DNA from: SAR202 cluster bacterium bin16
GTDB lineage: Bacteria > Chloroflexota > Dehalococcoidia > Lucifugimonadales > Australimonadaceae
Direction of reading: 5' to 3'
DNA length: 64,000 nucleotides
Assembly (NCBI GenBank): GCA_002238425.1
Contig: MPMJ01000007.1
Coordinates: forward strand, 11,826 to 75,825
Of the stretch, positions 17,533-26,912 are shown one piece after another (positions within the stretch are counted from its first letter, which is position 1; every line of letters begins with the position of its first letter). The notes below the pieces were generated by a model. The model was given only the letters and a program-made list of their open reading frames with translations, was not told the DNA's origin and searched no databases. The translations under genes and the position numbers were made by a program.

Positions 17533-20447
17533 CGGTTGCTCTCCCCTATGAGGTCTCGCAAGGCTTGCACGGAATCGTCGAGGTCCTGCGCGCCGCCCTG
17601 CATAGATTCTAACGCCTGCGCGATTCCGTCGAGAATACGCAGCAATTCGTCGCGCGATACGCCCTCCACCGGCTCGCCGGTATCCGGGGCCACGGTGATC
17701 TGCGCATCGCCGAGCAGCGCGGCCACGGCCTCGTCCAGCGTCGGCTCCATCACGACCTTCGTGTTCGTGGCGAGGATGACGCGCTTCAGCTCAGGGAAGG
17801 CGAGCGACTCCGCGCGTAGGTAGATAGGCTCCGCGTAGAGCAACGTCTCGCCGATGGGGATAACGAGCAGGTTGCCGCGATACACCTGCGAGCCGGACTG
17901 GTTCCAGAGCGTGAACTGCTCCGAGATGACCGGGTTGTTGTCGATGCGCGCCTCTATCTGGCTGGGGCCGTTGAAGATGCGCTCGCGCGGGAACTCGAAG
18001 ACGATACTCTCGCCGTAGTTGGGCCCGTCCGAGCGCGCCGCCATCCACGCCACGAGGTTCGGCTTGTCCTTGGGCGTGAAAGGCAGGATGAGGACGAACT
18101 CCGTCACGTCCTCGCCCGGCACCTTCATGATGACGTAGTACGGCGTGATGGTGCGGTTGCGCGGACCCAGGGGCCTGCCGTCGTCACCGATGACGTCGGT
18201 CCCGACGACCTCCTGCGCGAACTCCCACTCGTCCTCCTTCAGGAAGAACTCCTTCACGTCCGTCATGTGGTACTGGAGGAACGTGTCCGCCTGGGCGCGC
18301 AGCAACTCCTCCGGATAGCGGATGTGCTCGCGCAGGCCGGGAGGCATCTTCTCGATGGGCGTGAACAGGTCCGGGAAGATGTTGCGGTAGGTCTGGAGCA
18401 CCGGGTCCGGCCCGCCCGTCTCGATGGTGTAGAAGTCCATGGAGCCGTCGAATGCGTCTATCACCACCTTCACGCTGTTGCGGATGTAGTTGAACGGACG
18501 CTCGAATCCGGTGAAGTCGCCGTTGAAGCCCACCCTGCTGCTGTCGATGCGGCGCGAGTAGGGGAAGCGGTCGGTCGTGGTGAACGCGTCCTGTATCCAG
18601 TAGAGATGTCCTTCGTTGATGACGAGGTACGGATCGTCGTCGAGTTCGAGGAACGGCGCGACCTCGCCGACGCGCTCCCTGATATTGCGGCGGTAGAGCA
18701 CCTTGCTCTCCGGTGTGAGTTGGCGGCTGAGAAGGATGTTGACGTCGAGCAATTCCCACGCGAATACTGCGCGTTTGAACAGGCTGCTCAGCGGCACGCC
18801 GCCCTTTCCGTCGTAGCGGTCGATGTACTCAGGTTTCTCGGCCTCCTCTCCGGCAGGACGGTCGAACTGCGGCTCGTTCGTGTTCACGACGATGGCGTCG
18901 TTCGTGATGATGCCGGGCCGTATCTCGGCGGCCACGTCCGGGTCGAGGTTCAGGCGGTCGATGTACTCTTCCTCGTCGATGCCGTACGCCTCGCCGTAGT
19001 AGACGCGCGGCTCTGTGATCTCGAACGCGCCGGTGGGGGGAACGTCCCGCACGATGAAGTCGGGCTGGCCGGACTCGCTGAACGTCGTGGCGGTGCTCAT
19101 CACCGCGCCGTAGCCGTGGGTGTAGATGACGGAGCGGTTGACCCAGTTCTGCGCGGCGGCGTCCAAGCCGCTCTGGAAGAGTTCGCGAGCGCCGAGCAGC
19201 ACCTGCCGGTACTCCCCGTCCACGACGTAGCGGTCCACGTCCACGTCAAGGAACGAGTAGTAGAGGCGCAGGTGCTGCAGCTGGTTGAGCACGGCCTCCA
19301 GTGGGCGCGGGTCCCACAGACGTATGTTGCGGATCGTCTCCGGGCTCTGGGCGATTCCCTCGGCCAGCGTCTCTTCGCGCACGTCGTGCAACCGAGTATC
19401 GACGCGCCCGAGGTCGAAGCCGCGGCGCGTCCACTCGATGTTGCGCTCGATGTAGGGGCGCTCGCGCTGCAACTCGGACGGCGCGACGGCGAGGCGTTGG
19501 GTCAGCGCGGGCCATCCGATCCCCGCGACTATCCCCGCGATGAGCCAGAGCCCGAACGCCGCGAAGATGAGCCGGAGCGACTGCCGCAGGTTCGCCACTC
19601 GGATCGCGTACAGCATGATGCCGGCGGAGATCAGCGCGATGACCGTGAGCACCAGCAGCGCGGGCAGGCGGGCGTTCACGTCGGTGTAGGCCGTGCCGGT
19701 CACCGCTCCTGCGGGCGAGAAGAGCGTCTCGTAGCGGTCGAGGAAGTGCGCGAACGCGATGGTGACCATGAGCCAAGCGCCGGTGAGCGCCAACTGGGTC
19801 CGCGCGCCGGTGCCGATGGCCGGGTTTATCCCGCGCGCGCTGAAGATGAGCATGTAGAGGCCTGTCGTCGTGACGAGGGTGACGAGGGCGAGTCCCATCA
19901 ACCATCCCTGGACGGTGTGCAGCACGGGCAGGACGAACGTGTAGAAGCCCACGTCGTTGTGGAACTGCGGGTCCTCTATGCCGAAGTCCGCGGCGTTCAT
20001 GAACAGCAGGAAGTTGCCGTACTGGTTCGCGAGGCTGGACGCGAACGTGAACGCGATGAAGCCGCCCATCGCGACCGAGCCCACGATGAGCGACAGCCGT
20101 ATCCACTGGATCGTGGTCAGGGAGAACCGGAAGACGCTCTCGCCCCACGCATACCTGAACGCGGCGTAGTAGCTCAGCCAGAGCGCTCCGCCGCTCACCA
20201 CCAGCCCGGCGATGAAGAGCCAGATGCGCGTGAACAGCACCGTGCTGTAGACGCTGCGCAGGCCCAGGTGGGAGAACCAGAGCCAGTTCGTGTACGCCCC
20301 GCGCAGCAGGTCCAGCAGCAGGTAGAGCGCGAACAGGCTCGCGAGCACGACGCCCGCCTGGAAGAAGAGGCTCTCACGGGAGAAGAGCGTCCGGAGCCAC
20401 TCCGGCAGTTCGCCTTCTTCGTAGTCGTCCGGGGGGCGCGTGGTCAT
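17529..20447 (-). CDS. UPF0182-family large membrane protein
   Basis: 972 aa. The N-terminal third has about 7 TM helices (WLWFSHLGLRSVYSTVLFTRIWLF) and is followed by a large soluble domain. This matches my recollection of the UPF0182 architecture. There is a 4-nt ATGA overlap with the argD start. Confidence 0.75.
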   Translation of the reverse strand: MTTRPPDDYEEGELPEWLRTLFSRESLFFQAGVVLASLFALYLLLDLLRGAYTNWLWFSHLGLRSVYSTVLFTRIWLFIAGLVVSGGALWLSYYAAFRYAWGESVFRFSLTTIQWIRLSLIVGSVAMGGFIAFTFASSLANQYGNFLLFMNAADFGIEDPQFHNDVGFYTFVLPVLHTVQGWLMGLALVTLVTTTGLYMLIFSARGINPAIGTGARTQLALTGAWLMVTIAFAHFLDRYETLFSPAGAVTGTAYTDVNARLPALLVLTVIALISAGIMLYAIRVANLRQSLRLIFAAFGLWLIAGIVAGIGWPALTQRLAVAPSELQRERPYIERNIEWTRRGFDLGRVDTRLHDVREETLAEGIAQSPETIRNIRLWDPRPLEAVLNQLQHLRLYYSFLDVDVDRYVVDGEYRQVLLGARELFQSGLDAAAQNWVNRSVIYTHGYGAVMSTATTFSESGQPDFIVRDVPPTGAFEITEPRVYYGEAYGIDEEEYIDRLNLDPDVAAEIRPGIITNDAIVVNTNEPQFDRPAGEEAEKPEYIDRYDGKGGVPLSSLFKRAVFAWELLDVNILLSRQLTPESKVLYRRNIRERVGEVAPFLELDDDPYLVINEGHLYWIQDAFTTTDRFPYSRRIDSSRVGFNGDFTGFERPFNYIRNSVKVVIDAFDGSMDFYTIETGGPDPVLQTYRNIFPDLFTPIEKMPPGLREHIRYPEELLRAQADTFLQYHMTDVKEFFLKEDEWEFAQEVVGTDVIGDDGRPLGPRNRTITPYYVIMKVPGEDVTEFVLILPFTPKDKPNLVAWMAARSDGPNYGESIVFEFPRERIFNGPSQIEARIDNNPVISEQFTLWNQSGSQVYRGNLLVIPIGETLLYAEPIYLRAESLAFPELKRVILATNTKVVMEPTLDEAVAALLGDAQITVAPDTGEPVEGVSRDELLRILDGIAQALESMQGGAQDLDDSVQALRDLIGESNR

Positions 20448-20460
20448 GGCATCCCGCTCT

Positions 20461-21237
20461 TCAGGCGACTGCCGTGCCAGGGAGCGACCCTTCCAACCAG
20501 GAGGGCAGCGCTCCCGCGCTCGTTCCGTTGATGATCCCCGCCTTCACTCCGGCGCGGGCAGCCAGGATGCACGCCTCCAGTTTCGGCAGCATCCCGCCCT
20601 TCACGATGCCGGAGTGCAGGAGATCTTCGCCCGTGTCGAGCGGAACGCGCTTGATGAGGCGTCCGTCCGCATTCAGTATGCCGTCCACGTCCGTCAGGAA
20701 AACGAGGCGCTGCGCGCCCGGCCCGCCCGGGAGCCCGCCCGCCGCCGAGTCCGCGTTCACGTTGAGCAGCTGCCCCGTGTCGTCCGCGCTCGCAGCGATG
20801 GGCGAGACGACCGGCACGTAGCCCGCGTCGGTCAGACGTTCGATGAGCGAGGCGTCGGTCTCCAATTCGCCTGCGACGAACCCCAGGTCCGGGTCGGTGA
20901 CGCGCCCGCACAGCAGTCCGCCGTCCGCGCCGGAGACGCCCACGGCGTTCACGCCGAGGCTGCGCATCTCCGACACGAGTTGCTTGTTGATGAGGCCAGC
21001 GAGCACCGCCGTCGCCACTTCGAGGCTCGGGCCGTCCGTGACGCGCAGGCCGCGCACGAACTCCGCGTGGATGCCCATCTTCCCCATCCAGGAGGTGATG
21101 GCGGGGCCGCCGCCGTGCACGATGACGACGCGCGCGCCCTGCCGTTGCAGTGCGGCCACGTCGGCGAAAGACGTGTCTTCAGAACTCAGCGTGCTGCCGC
21201 CGATCTTGATGAGGATGATGGGGCTGTCTGCTTCCAT
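20461..21237 (-). CDS. argB: acetylglutamate kinase
   Basis: 258 aa. ILIKIGGS, VIVHGGGP, GLRVTD and LNVNADSAAG motifs. Confidence 0.93.
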   Translation of the reverse strand: MEADSPIILIKIGGSTLSSEDTSFADVAALQRQGARVVIVHGGGPAITSWMGKMGIHAEFVRGLRVTDGPSLEVATAVLAGLINKQLVSEMRSLGVNAVGVSGADGGLLCGRVTDPDLGFVAGELETDASLIERLTDAGYVPVVSPIAASADDTGQLLNVNADSAAGGLPGGPGAQRLVFLTDVDGILNADGRLIKRVPLDTGEDLLHSGIVKGGMLPKLEACILAARAGVKAGIINGTSAGALPSWLEGSLPGTAVA

Positions 21238-21268
21238 GAGAGCCCTTCGGGCCGGACGCGGCTCCTGC

Positions 21269-22492
21269 CTACGTGGTGTAGGCGCTGTTGAACACCACGT
21301 ACTCTTCCGTGAGTTCGCAGCCCCATGCGGTCGCTTCGTGCTCGCCCATTCCCAGCGTCACCGTGAGTGCGACCTCTTCCCTGCTCATGATGGCTATGAC
21401 GCTCTCCCGGTGGAACGGGATTGGCGTCCCGCCCTCCATGATCGCGACGTCGTTGATGAAGAAGGAGACCTTGCTCACGTCCAGGTCTGCGCCGCTGTAC
21501 CCCGCGGCGCAGACGACACGTCCCCAGTTGGGGTCGTTGCCGTGTATCGCCGACTTCACCAGCAGGGAGGCGGCGATGGCGCGCGCCGCGAGGCGGGCGT
21601 CTCGCTTGCTCGCCGCGCCCGCCACCCGCACCGAGAAGACCTTGGAGGAGCCCTCAGCGTCCCGCACGAGTTCGCGCGAGAGATGCGAGCAGAGCGCGTA
21701 GAGCGCAGCGCCGAACGCTTCGGCGTCCGGCGAACCTTCGCCTATCTCCGCGTTCCCGGCGCCCCCGTTGGCGAGCAGCAGCACCATGTCGTTCGTGCTG
21801 GTGTCGCCGTCTATCGTCACCATGTTGAACGTGTCGTCGGCGCAGTTGCGGAGCGCCGCGTCCAGGAACGCGCCGTCCACGGCGGCGTCCGTCGTGAGGA
21901 AGGCGAGCATCGTGGCCATGTTCGGGTGGATCATGCCGGAGCCCTTGACGCACCCGCCGATGGTTACCGTTTCCCCGCCGGCGCAGGTGAACGACACCGC
22001 GGCGGACTTGGGCACGCGGTCGGTCGTCATGATGGCGCGGGCGAACGCGGCGCCCCCGTCTCCGTTGACGGTGATGCCGGACATGCCGCCCCTGATGAGC
22101 GCCATCGGCAACTCCACGCCGATAACACCCGTGGTGCCCGCGCCCAGTTCGTCCGCTCCGATGCCCAGGTGGTCCCCGGCGAGTTGCAGGCACTCCCTGA
22201 TGTCCGTCATCCCCTGCTCGCCGACGCCAGCGTTGGCGATGCCGCTGGTCACGAACACGCCGCGCACCTTTCCGGCGTCGACGTTCTGCTTCGTGAGGGT
22301 CACCGACGGCGAGACGAACTTGTTGGTGGTGTAGACGCCCGCCGTTCGGCACGGCAACTCGGAGAGGAGCAGTCCCACGTCCATCTTGTCCGGAGCGTAG
22401 GTCTTGAGGCCGACGTACGAGCCGCCCGCGATGAACCGCTGGGGGCTGGTTACGAGGCCGTCCGCGAGGAACTGGTGAGCGTCGCCGGTCAT
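21269..22492 (-). CDS. argJ: bifunctional glutamate N-acetyltransferase / amino-acid acetyltransferase
   Basis: 407 aa. The autoprocessing region is GMIHPNMATMLAFLTTDA and the C-terminus is ...VVFNSAYTT. Confidence 0.93.
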   Translation of the reverse strand: MTGDAHQFLADGLVTSPQRFIAGGSYVGLKTYAPDKMDVGLLLSELPCRTAGVYTTNKFVSPSVTLTKQNVDAGKVRGVFVTSGIANAGVGEQGMTDIRECLQLAGDHLGIGADELGAGTTGVIGVELPMALIRGGMSGITVNGDGGAAFARAIMTTDRVPKSAAVSFTCAGGETVTIGGCVKGSGMIHPNMATMLAFLTTDAAVDGAFLDAALRNCADDTFNMVTIDGDTSTNDMVLLLANGGAGNAEIGEGSPDAEAFGAALYALCSHLSRELVRDAEGSSKVFSVRVAGAASKRDARLAARAIAASLLVKSAIHGNDPNWGRVVCAAGYSGADLDVSKVSFFINDVAIMEGGTPIPFHRESVIAIMSREEVALTVTLGMGEHEATAWGCELTEEYVVFNSAYTT

Positions 22493-22559
22493 CTCAACCT
22501 CTGCAGAGTTGTCAGGCGCTGGCGCGCCATTATGTGGGTGAGTCTAGCAGATTGACCCC

Positions 22560-22650
22560 CGTCGTTCCTGCCTGCGCAGAGGAACCAGCGCTTTAGCGCG
22601 CCGCAGCCCGCCTCTCCCCTGGGAGAGGCCGACGCGCGATAGCGCAGCAG
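22560..22650. repeat. mosaic of short hairpin repeats (families B, C, F)
   Basis: CGTCGTTCCTGCCTGCGCAGAGGAAC, then GCGCTTTAGCGCGC, then CCTCTCCCCTGGGAGAGG..GCGCGATAGCGC. The same modules recur at 47556.., 50520.., 50567.., 50613.. and 54958... Confidence 0.6.
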
Positions 22651-22717
22651 GTGAGGGTGGAGCAGACAACGTGCCCCAAGCCACCACGGGATAGAATGCC
22701 CGCCGCAGGAGACCGCC

Positions 22718-23002
22718 ATGGCAAAGACCGAGAAGATCATCGTAGCCACCACCCTGACGAAGGAGTACCGGGGCGACGTCTGTGTCGCGCAGATCCCGGA
22801 ATTGGGGCTCACGGGCTACGGCAAGACGATGGATGAGGCAGAGCAGAGCGTGAAGGAGCTGTTCAACAACCTCATCAGCGAGTATCGCCGGCAAGGCGTG
22901 CTCGAAGACAGGTTGACCAACCACTTCAAGGTGTCGTGGTGGCCGGCGGAGCAGTACGACGGGGACCTCGAAGTGGAGGAGACCGCCCCCGGGAAGTATT
23001 GA
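22718..23002 (+). CDS. HicB-like / UPF0150-fold small protein (orphan antitoxin-like)
   Basis: 94 aa. VCVAQIPELGLTGYGKTMDEAEQSVKELFNNLI resembles the HicB N-terminal fold motif (..PE.PG....G.T.EEA..n..EA). No HicA-like neighbour is present. Confidence 0.5.
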   Translation: MAKTEKIIVATTLTKEYRGDVCVAQIPELGLTGYGKTMDEAEQSVKELFNNLISEYRRQGVLEDRLTNHFKVSWWPAEQYDGDLEVEETAPGKY

Positions 23003-23027
23003 GCCCGCCGCCTCCCGGACTGCGTCG

Positions 23028-24369
23028 CTACTCCTCCCGCGGCTCGGCGGCGCGCATCTCCTGCGGCGCCTTGACGTTCCTGAACATGAAGTAGAGCGAC
23101 AGCGTGTACGTCACCTTCACGAGCGCGGAACCGACGAGCGGCGCACTGAGGGCTATCGCCGCGAGTACCCCGGTGGAGAGCGTCGGCCCGATGGTGCCGG
23201 AGATGGAGCGCCCCACGATGTGGATGCTTCCCATCGCCACTCGCTCGTGCGGCTGAACCACGGACATGATGTAGGAGTCCCGCGCGGGCACGTCTATCTG
23301 GTCGAACAGGGACCGGAAGAGCAGCAGCCCCACCGCCAGCCAAGCCCACGGCGAGAACGCTATACAGATGAGCAGCAGTCCCGACGGCAGGTGCAACAGC
23401 GACATGGTGTTGATGAGGCCGATGCGGTTCGCGATCTTCCCCGCCATCCCCAGCGACGCCACGCCGATGATCTGCGCGACGAAGAAGAGCACCCCCAGCG
23501 AGGCAAGGTCCAGCCCGAACCGCTCAACGAACCAGAGCGCCAGCAGGCCGCGCACGATGATGGCGCCCGCAAGCTGGTCCAGGCTGAACAGACCGGAGAG
23601 CGTGAATATCCGGCTGCTGGACGGGAGCCGGACCGGGTTCACCCACTCCCGGCGCCCCTGCTCGGCTTCCACCTTGTCGGAGATCAGCATGAACAGGAGC
23701 GCTATCAACAGTCGCAGTCCCACCATCCCCCACAGCACGATGCGGAAGGATGCAGGCTCGCTCACGCCCTCCAGCGCTTGCAGCGCAACGGGCAGACCCG
23801 CAGCCAGCGCACCCAGCGCACCGGCGCTCGCCGCGGCCACCCGGTAGAGCGCGAAGAGTTCCGTGCGCCGCTGCGGTTCGACCACCCCCGCGATCGCCGC
23901 CTGTTCCAGCGACTGCGTCGGCCCGCCGGTGGCGGCGGGCGCGGGGTGCGGGGCCCCGCGGCGTTCCGCCCCCCCCGGCGACGCCCGCTTGTCCCGGCGC
24001 CGGGGCCGCCCCGACGTTGCCGGCGGCGCCGTTGAACGAGCCGATGAACGCGAACGGCAGCAGCACCGCCGGGTTCGAGGTAACCACCAGCCCCACGCTC
24101 CCAGCCAGCGTGATCAACGAGTAGGAGACCATCAGCTTGCGCCGCCCGACACGCTCGCTGACGAACGTGGAGAGGAACGAGAAGGCCGCCGTGCTCGCGA
24201 ACCCCAGGCTGAAGAACAGCCCCACCAGGAACACGGCCATTCCCAGCTGCTCCCTGAGGTAGACGGCCAGCATCACGGCCAGCAGGCCCTGCGAGAACGT
24301 GTGCAGCGCCCGCGCCGCGATGATGAGCGCGGCGTCCCGCGTGATCCACGCAGGGAGAAGTGCGGTCAT
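23028..24369 (-). pseudogene. MFS transporter interrupted by a frameshift inside a G/C-only tract
   Basis: The N-terminal half is read in ORF 23524..24369, up to ...AFIGSFNGAAGNVG. The C-terminal half is read in ORF 23028..23885 and its upstream open frame (TGGPTQSLEQAAIAGVVEPQRRTELFALY...). The two frames switch within about 23940..24010, which consists of G/C runs. Confidence 0.7.
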
Positions 24370-24378
24370 GTCCGCCCC

Positions 24379-25506
24379 TTACCGGTCGAGCGCGTAGAGC
24401 CTGGCGCAGTTGTCCCAGAGGATGTTGCGCTTCACCTCGTCCGCCAGGTCCTCGTGGCTCAGGAACTCGTTGACGGAATCCGGGAACTCTGAGTCGTGGT
24501 GCGGATAGTCGGACGAGAAGACGATGTTGCTCCCGCCCACGGCGTCGACCGTGTACCGAAGCTCAGCCTCGTCCGCCTCCGTGCCGACGTAGCAGTTGCT
24601 CGCGAAGTATTCGCTCGGCAGGCGCGTCAGGAACGGCGCGTCCCACTCGCGGTAGAGCGAGTAGTCGCGGTCCATCCGCCCGAGCCAGAACGGCACCCAG
24701 CCCGCGTTCGCCTCCAGGTACGCGGCGCGCAGACCGGGGAAGCTCTCGAACACGCCGCCGCAGATCATGCTGATCATCGCCTTCATCATGCCGATGGGAT
24801 GGGAGCAGGCGTGCAGCATGAGCCGGTTGTCGGCGAACTCGGAGCCGTCCTGGTGGTAGACGGAGCCGGTGCCCTCGTGAAATCCCACCGGAACGTTCAG
24901 CTCCTCCAGCGTCGCCCAGAGTTCGGCGTAGTCCGCGCTGTGGAACGTCACGCCGTTCACGAAGTTGGGGCGCATGTAGATGCCCACCGCGCCCAGCTCG
25001 TTCACGGCGCGGCGCGCCTCCCACACCGCTTCCTTCGGATCGTGCTGCGGCACCATCGCTGCGACCTTCATCCGCGCCGGGTCCGTCTGGCAGAAGTCGT
25101 ACAGCCAGTTGTTGTACGCGCGGCAGACGGCCGCCGACAGCGGGCCGTCCACGTCGTCCAGACCGTTCGGGACGTAAAGGCAGACCGTGGGGTACATCAC
25201 CGCCACGTCTATGCCCTCCATGTCCATCGCCTCCAGTTGCGACGGGCCGTCGTAGCCCCGCTCGCGCATCGGGCGGGTAGCGGCGTCGGTGCGGTTCGTC
25301 ATGCCCTGCATGCGGTGGGGGTTGTCCACGTCGCAGGTCGGGAGCCGCTCGCCGTCGAACAGGAACACCCCCACGCGCTTGCCCGGCGCGCGGGAGATGC
25401 GGGGCGCCTGGTCGGCGAACCGCGCGTCGAGGTACTTGTCGAACATGTCCGACGGTTCGACGATGTGCATATCCGAGTCCATGACCTTGTAGCCGTTCTG
25501 CGCCAT
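24379..25506 (-). CDS. amidohydrolase-2 family protein (ACMSD-like metal-dependent hydrolase/decarboxylase)
   Basis: 375 aa. N-terminal VMDSDMHIVEP, an internal FHEGTG, and a C-terminal FSSDYPHHDSEF metal-ligand pattern. Confidence 0.85.
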   Translation of the reverse strand: MAQNGYKVMDSDMHIVEPSDMFDKYLDARFADQAPRISRAPGKRVGVFLFDGERLPTCDVDNPHRMQGMTNRTDAATRPMRERGYDGPSQLEAMDMEGIDVAVMYPTVCLYVPNGLDDVDGPLSAAVCRAYNNWLYDFCQTDPARMKVAAMVPQHDPKEAVWEARRAVNELGAVGIYMRPNFVNGVTFHSADYAELWATLEELNVPVGFHEGTGSVYHQDGSEFADNRLMLHACSHPIGMMKAMISMICGGVFESFPGLRAAYLEANAGWVPFWLGRMDRDYSLYREWDAPFLTRLPSEYFASNCYVGTEADEAELRYTVDAVGGSNIVFSSDYPHHDSEFPDSVNEFLSHEDLADEVKRNILWDNCARLYALDR

Positions 25507-25550
25507 TCCGCGCTCCTCCCTGTTGTTGGTCTGTGTGCGGCAGCCCCGGT

Positions 25551-26798
25551 TTACACGAACCGCGTCCGCTTGCTGCGCGCTTTCTGCGACGTCGGCGCGG
25601 GCAACCGCTCCGACGATACCGTCTCGTACAGCAGCCGCGAGAAGTAGTCGCGGTCGGCCACGTTGATGACCGCCTGCTCGTGCGCCTCTTGCAGCGCCAG
25701 CGGGTAGCCGTGCCCCTTATCCGTCTGCGCGAGCAGTCCCGCGTGCGCCAGCCGGACGCCTTCCTCGTTCGTCCACGAGGGCATCTCCATGCGCGCGATC
25801 TCCTCGCCCACGTTGACGTAGAAGAAGCACACCTGGTGGTCGCCGTAGTGCTCGGTAACGATGCTCGATGCGCTGTGAAAGAGCGCCGAACGCTCCCCCG
25901 GATCAAGCTCGCGCGCGAAGAGCGCCGCGTCCGTTACGCCCCCGACCACGTCGCAGTTGCGCTCGCCGCGTCTTAGTTGTCCGCAGTGGGCGTCGCAGTT
26001 CACCGTCTCGTGCCGGCAGACGTCGCGCGAGATGCGGAGCGCGCTCACCACCTCCGCGCTGCGCGGACGGCTGATGTGGCTCCCCGCTGGCAGGCTCCCC
26101 CCACCCTCGCGGCGCGGCCGGCTGATGGGGCTCGCGATGGCAAGCGTCCGCCGCTGCGACTCCGTGCGCAGCCGGTCCATCGCGAGTGTCAGGCGGCGGT
26201 CCACCAGCTCCTCGCGCACGAAGTCCATGCCGCCGGTCAGCCCCCAGAGCACGAGCGTGCCATCCAGCAGGCCGAGCACCGGCAGTCCCTCCGGCGCGGC
26301 TTCGACCGCATCCGCCAGCGCCTCGATCTCCATGACGGCACGGTGCATCCCGAGCAGCGCGCCCTCGATGTTCGCCTCGCGCACGCCATGCGGGTCGCGC
26401 AGCGCAAGCGACGAGTCGTCGGCGTACAGGTGCGGTTCGCTGCGCAGTTCGGCGTGCGGCACCTCGCCGTAGCGCAGCGTGACATAGCCGATGTTGATGA
26501 GGAAGCAGCGCGCCGCCGCGTGACGGTCGACGTCGACGTGCGAGCCGTCCACCGCAACGACGACGTGGTCGGGCGGCAGCGGCGGCGGTGGGTACGCGCC
26601 ACGGAGCGCACCGTCCAGCCGGGCGGCGAGCCACGTCGCCCTGCCCGATGCGCGACGCTCCTCCGTCTCGTGCGGGTCGGCGGTCGCGAAGTGCGCTGCG
26701 GCGCGCTCGAGCGCTCGCTCGTGCGAGCCCCATTGCTCCCGCATGGAGGGCATCGCCGCGTACAGCTGTCCGGCGGTCTTGGTCAGGTCGAGGGCCAT
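25551..26798 (-). CDS. NurA-domain nuclease-like protein
   Basis: 415 aa. VVVAVDGSHVDV, LLDGTLVLWGL and GYPLALQEAHEQAVI match the NurA catalytic-residue contexts as I recall them. No HerA-like ATPase is adjacent. Confidence 0.65.
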   Translation of the reverse strand: MALDLTKTAGQLYAAMPSMREQWGSHERALERAAAHFATADPHETEERRASGRATWLAARLDGALRGAYPPPPLPPDHVVVAVDGSHVDVDRHAAARCFLINIGYVTLRYGEVPHAELRSEPHLYADDSSLALRDPHGVREANIEGALLGMHRAVMEIEALADAVEAAPEGLPVLGLLDGTLVLWGLTGGMDFVREELVDRRLTLAMDRLRTESQRRTLAIASPISRPRREGGGSLPAGSHISRPRSAEVVSALRISRDVCRHETVNCDAHCGQLRRGERNCDVVGGVTDAALFARELDPGERSALFHSASSIVTEHYGDHQVCFFYVNVGEEIARMEMPSWTNEEGVRLAHAGLLAQTDKGHGYPLALQEAHEQAVINVADRDYFSRLLYETVSSERLPAPTSQKARSKRTRFV

Positions 26799-26912
26799 GG
26801 CGGCTCCGATGGTCTGTCATATCCCGTCCCCGCGCAAGCGGAGAGCGTCCCACTGCCCGTTGCGCCGTCAGGTAGAATCTGAAGCGCAGACCCCTTCGGG
26901 AGGAGGCGGGGC

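Noticed and set aside
18267-20531. Long antisense ORFs opposite real genes (18267..20531, 9511..11004, 30825..32681, 58376..60163, 24496..25647, 16264..17823, 14805..16334 and others).
   Set aside because: Each lies opposite a gene with strong family signatures (UPF0182, argH, pnp, tldD, amidohydrolase, argD, argG). Each has the Arg/Gly/Ala/Asp-biased composition expected from the reverse frame of GC3-rich genes.
22493-22560. A putative argJ promoter or ArgR box (CATAAT-like -10 element about 40 nt upstream of argJ).
   Set aside because: Only a weak -10-like hexamer is present, with no convincing -35 element and no palindromic ARG-box-like repeat that I could see. This is too weak to report as a feature.
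23524-23885. The overlapping ORFs 23028..23885 and 23524..24369 as two separate overlapping genes.
   Set aside because: Together they reconstitute one 12-helix MFS transporter whose two halves are in different frames. Treating it as a frameshifted single gene, or a sequence error, is more parsimonious.
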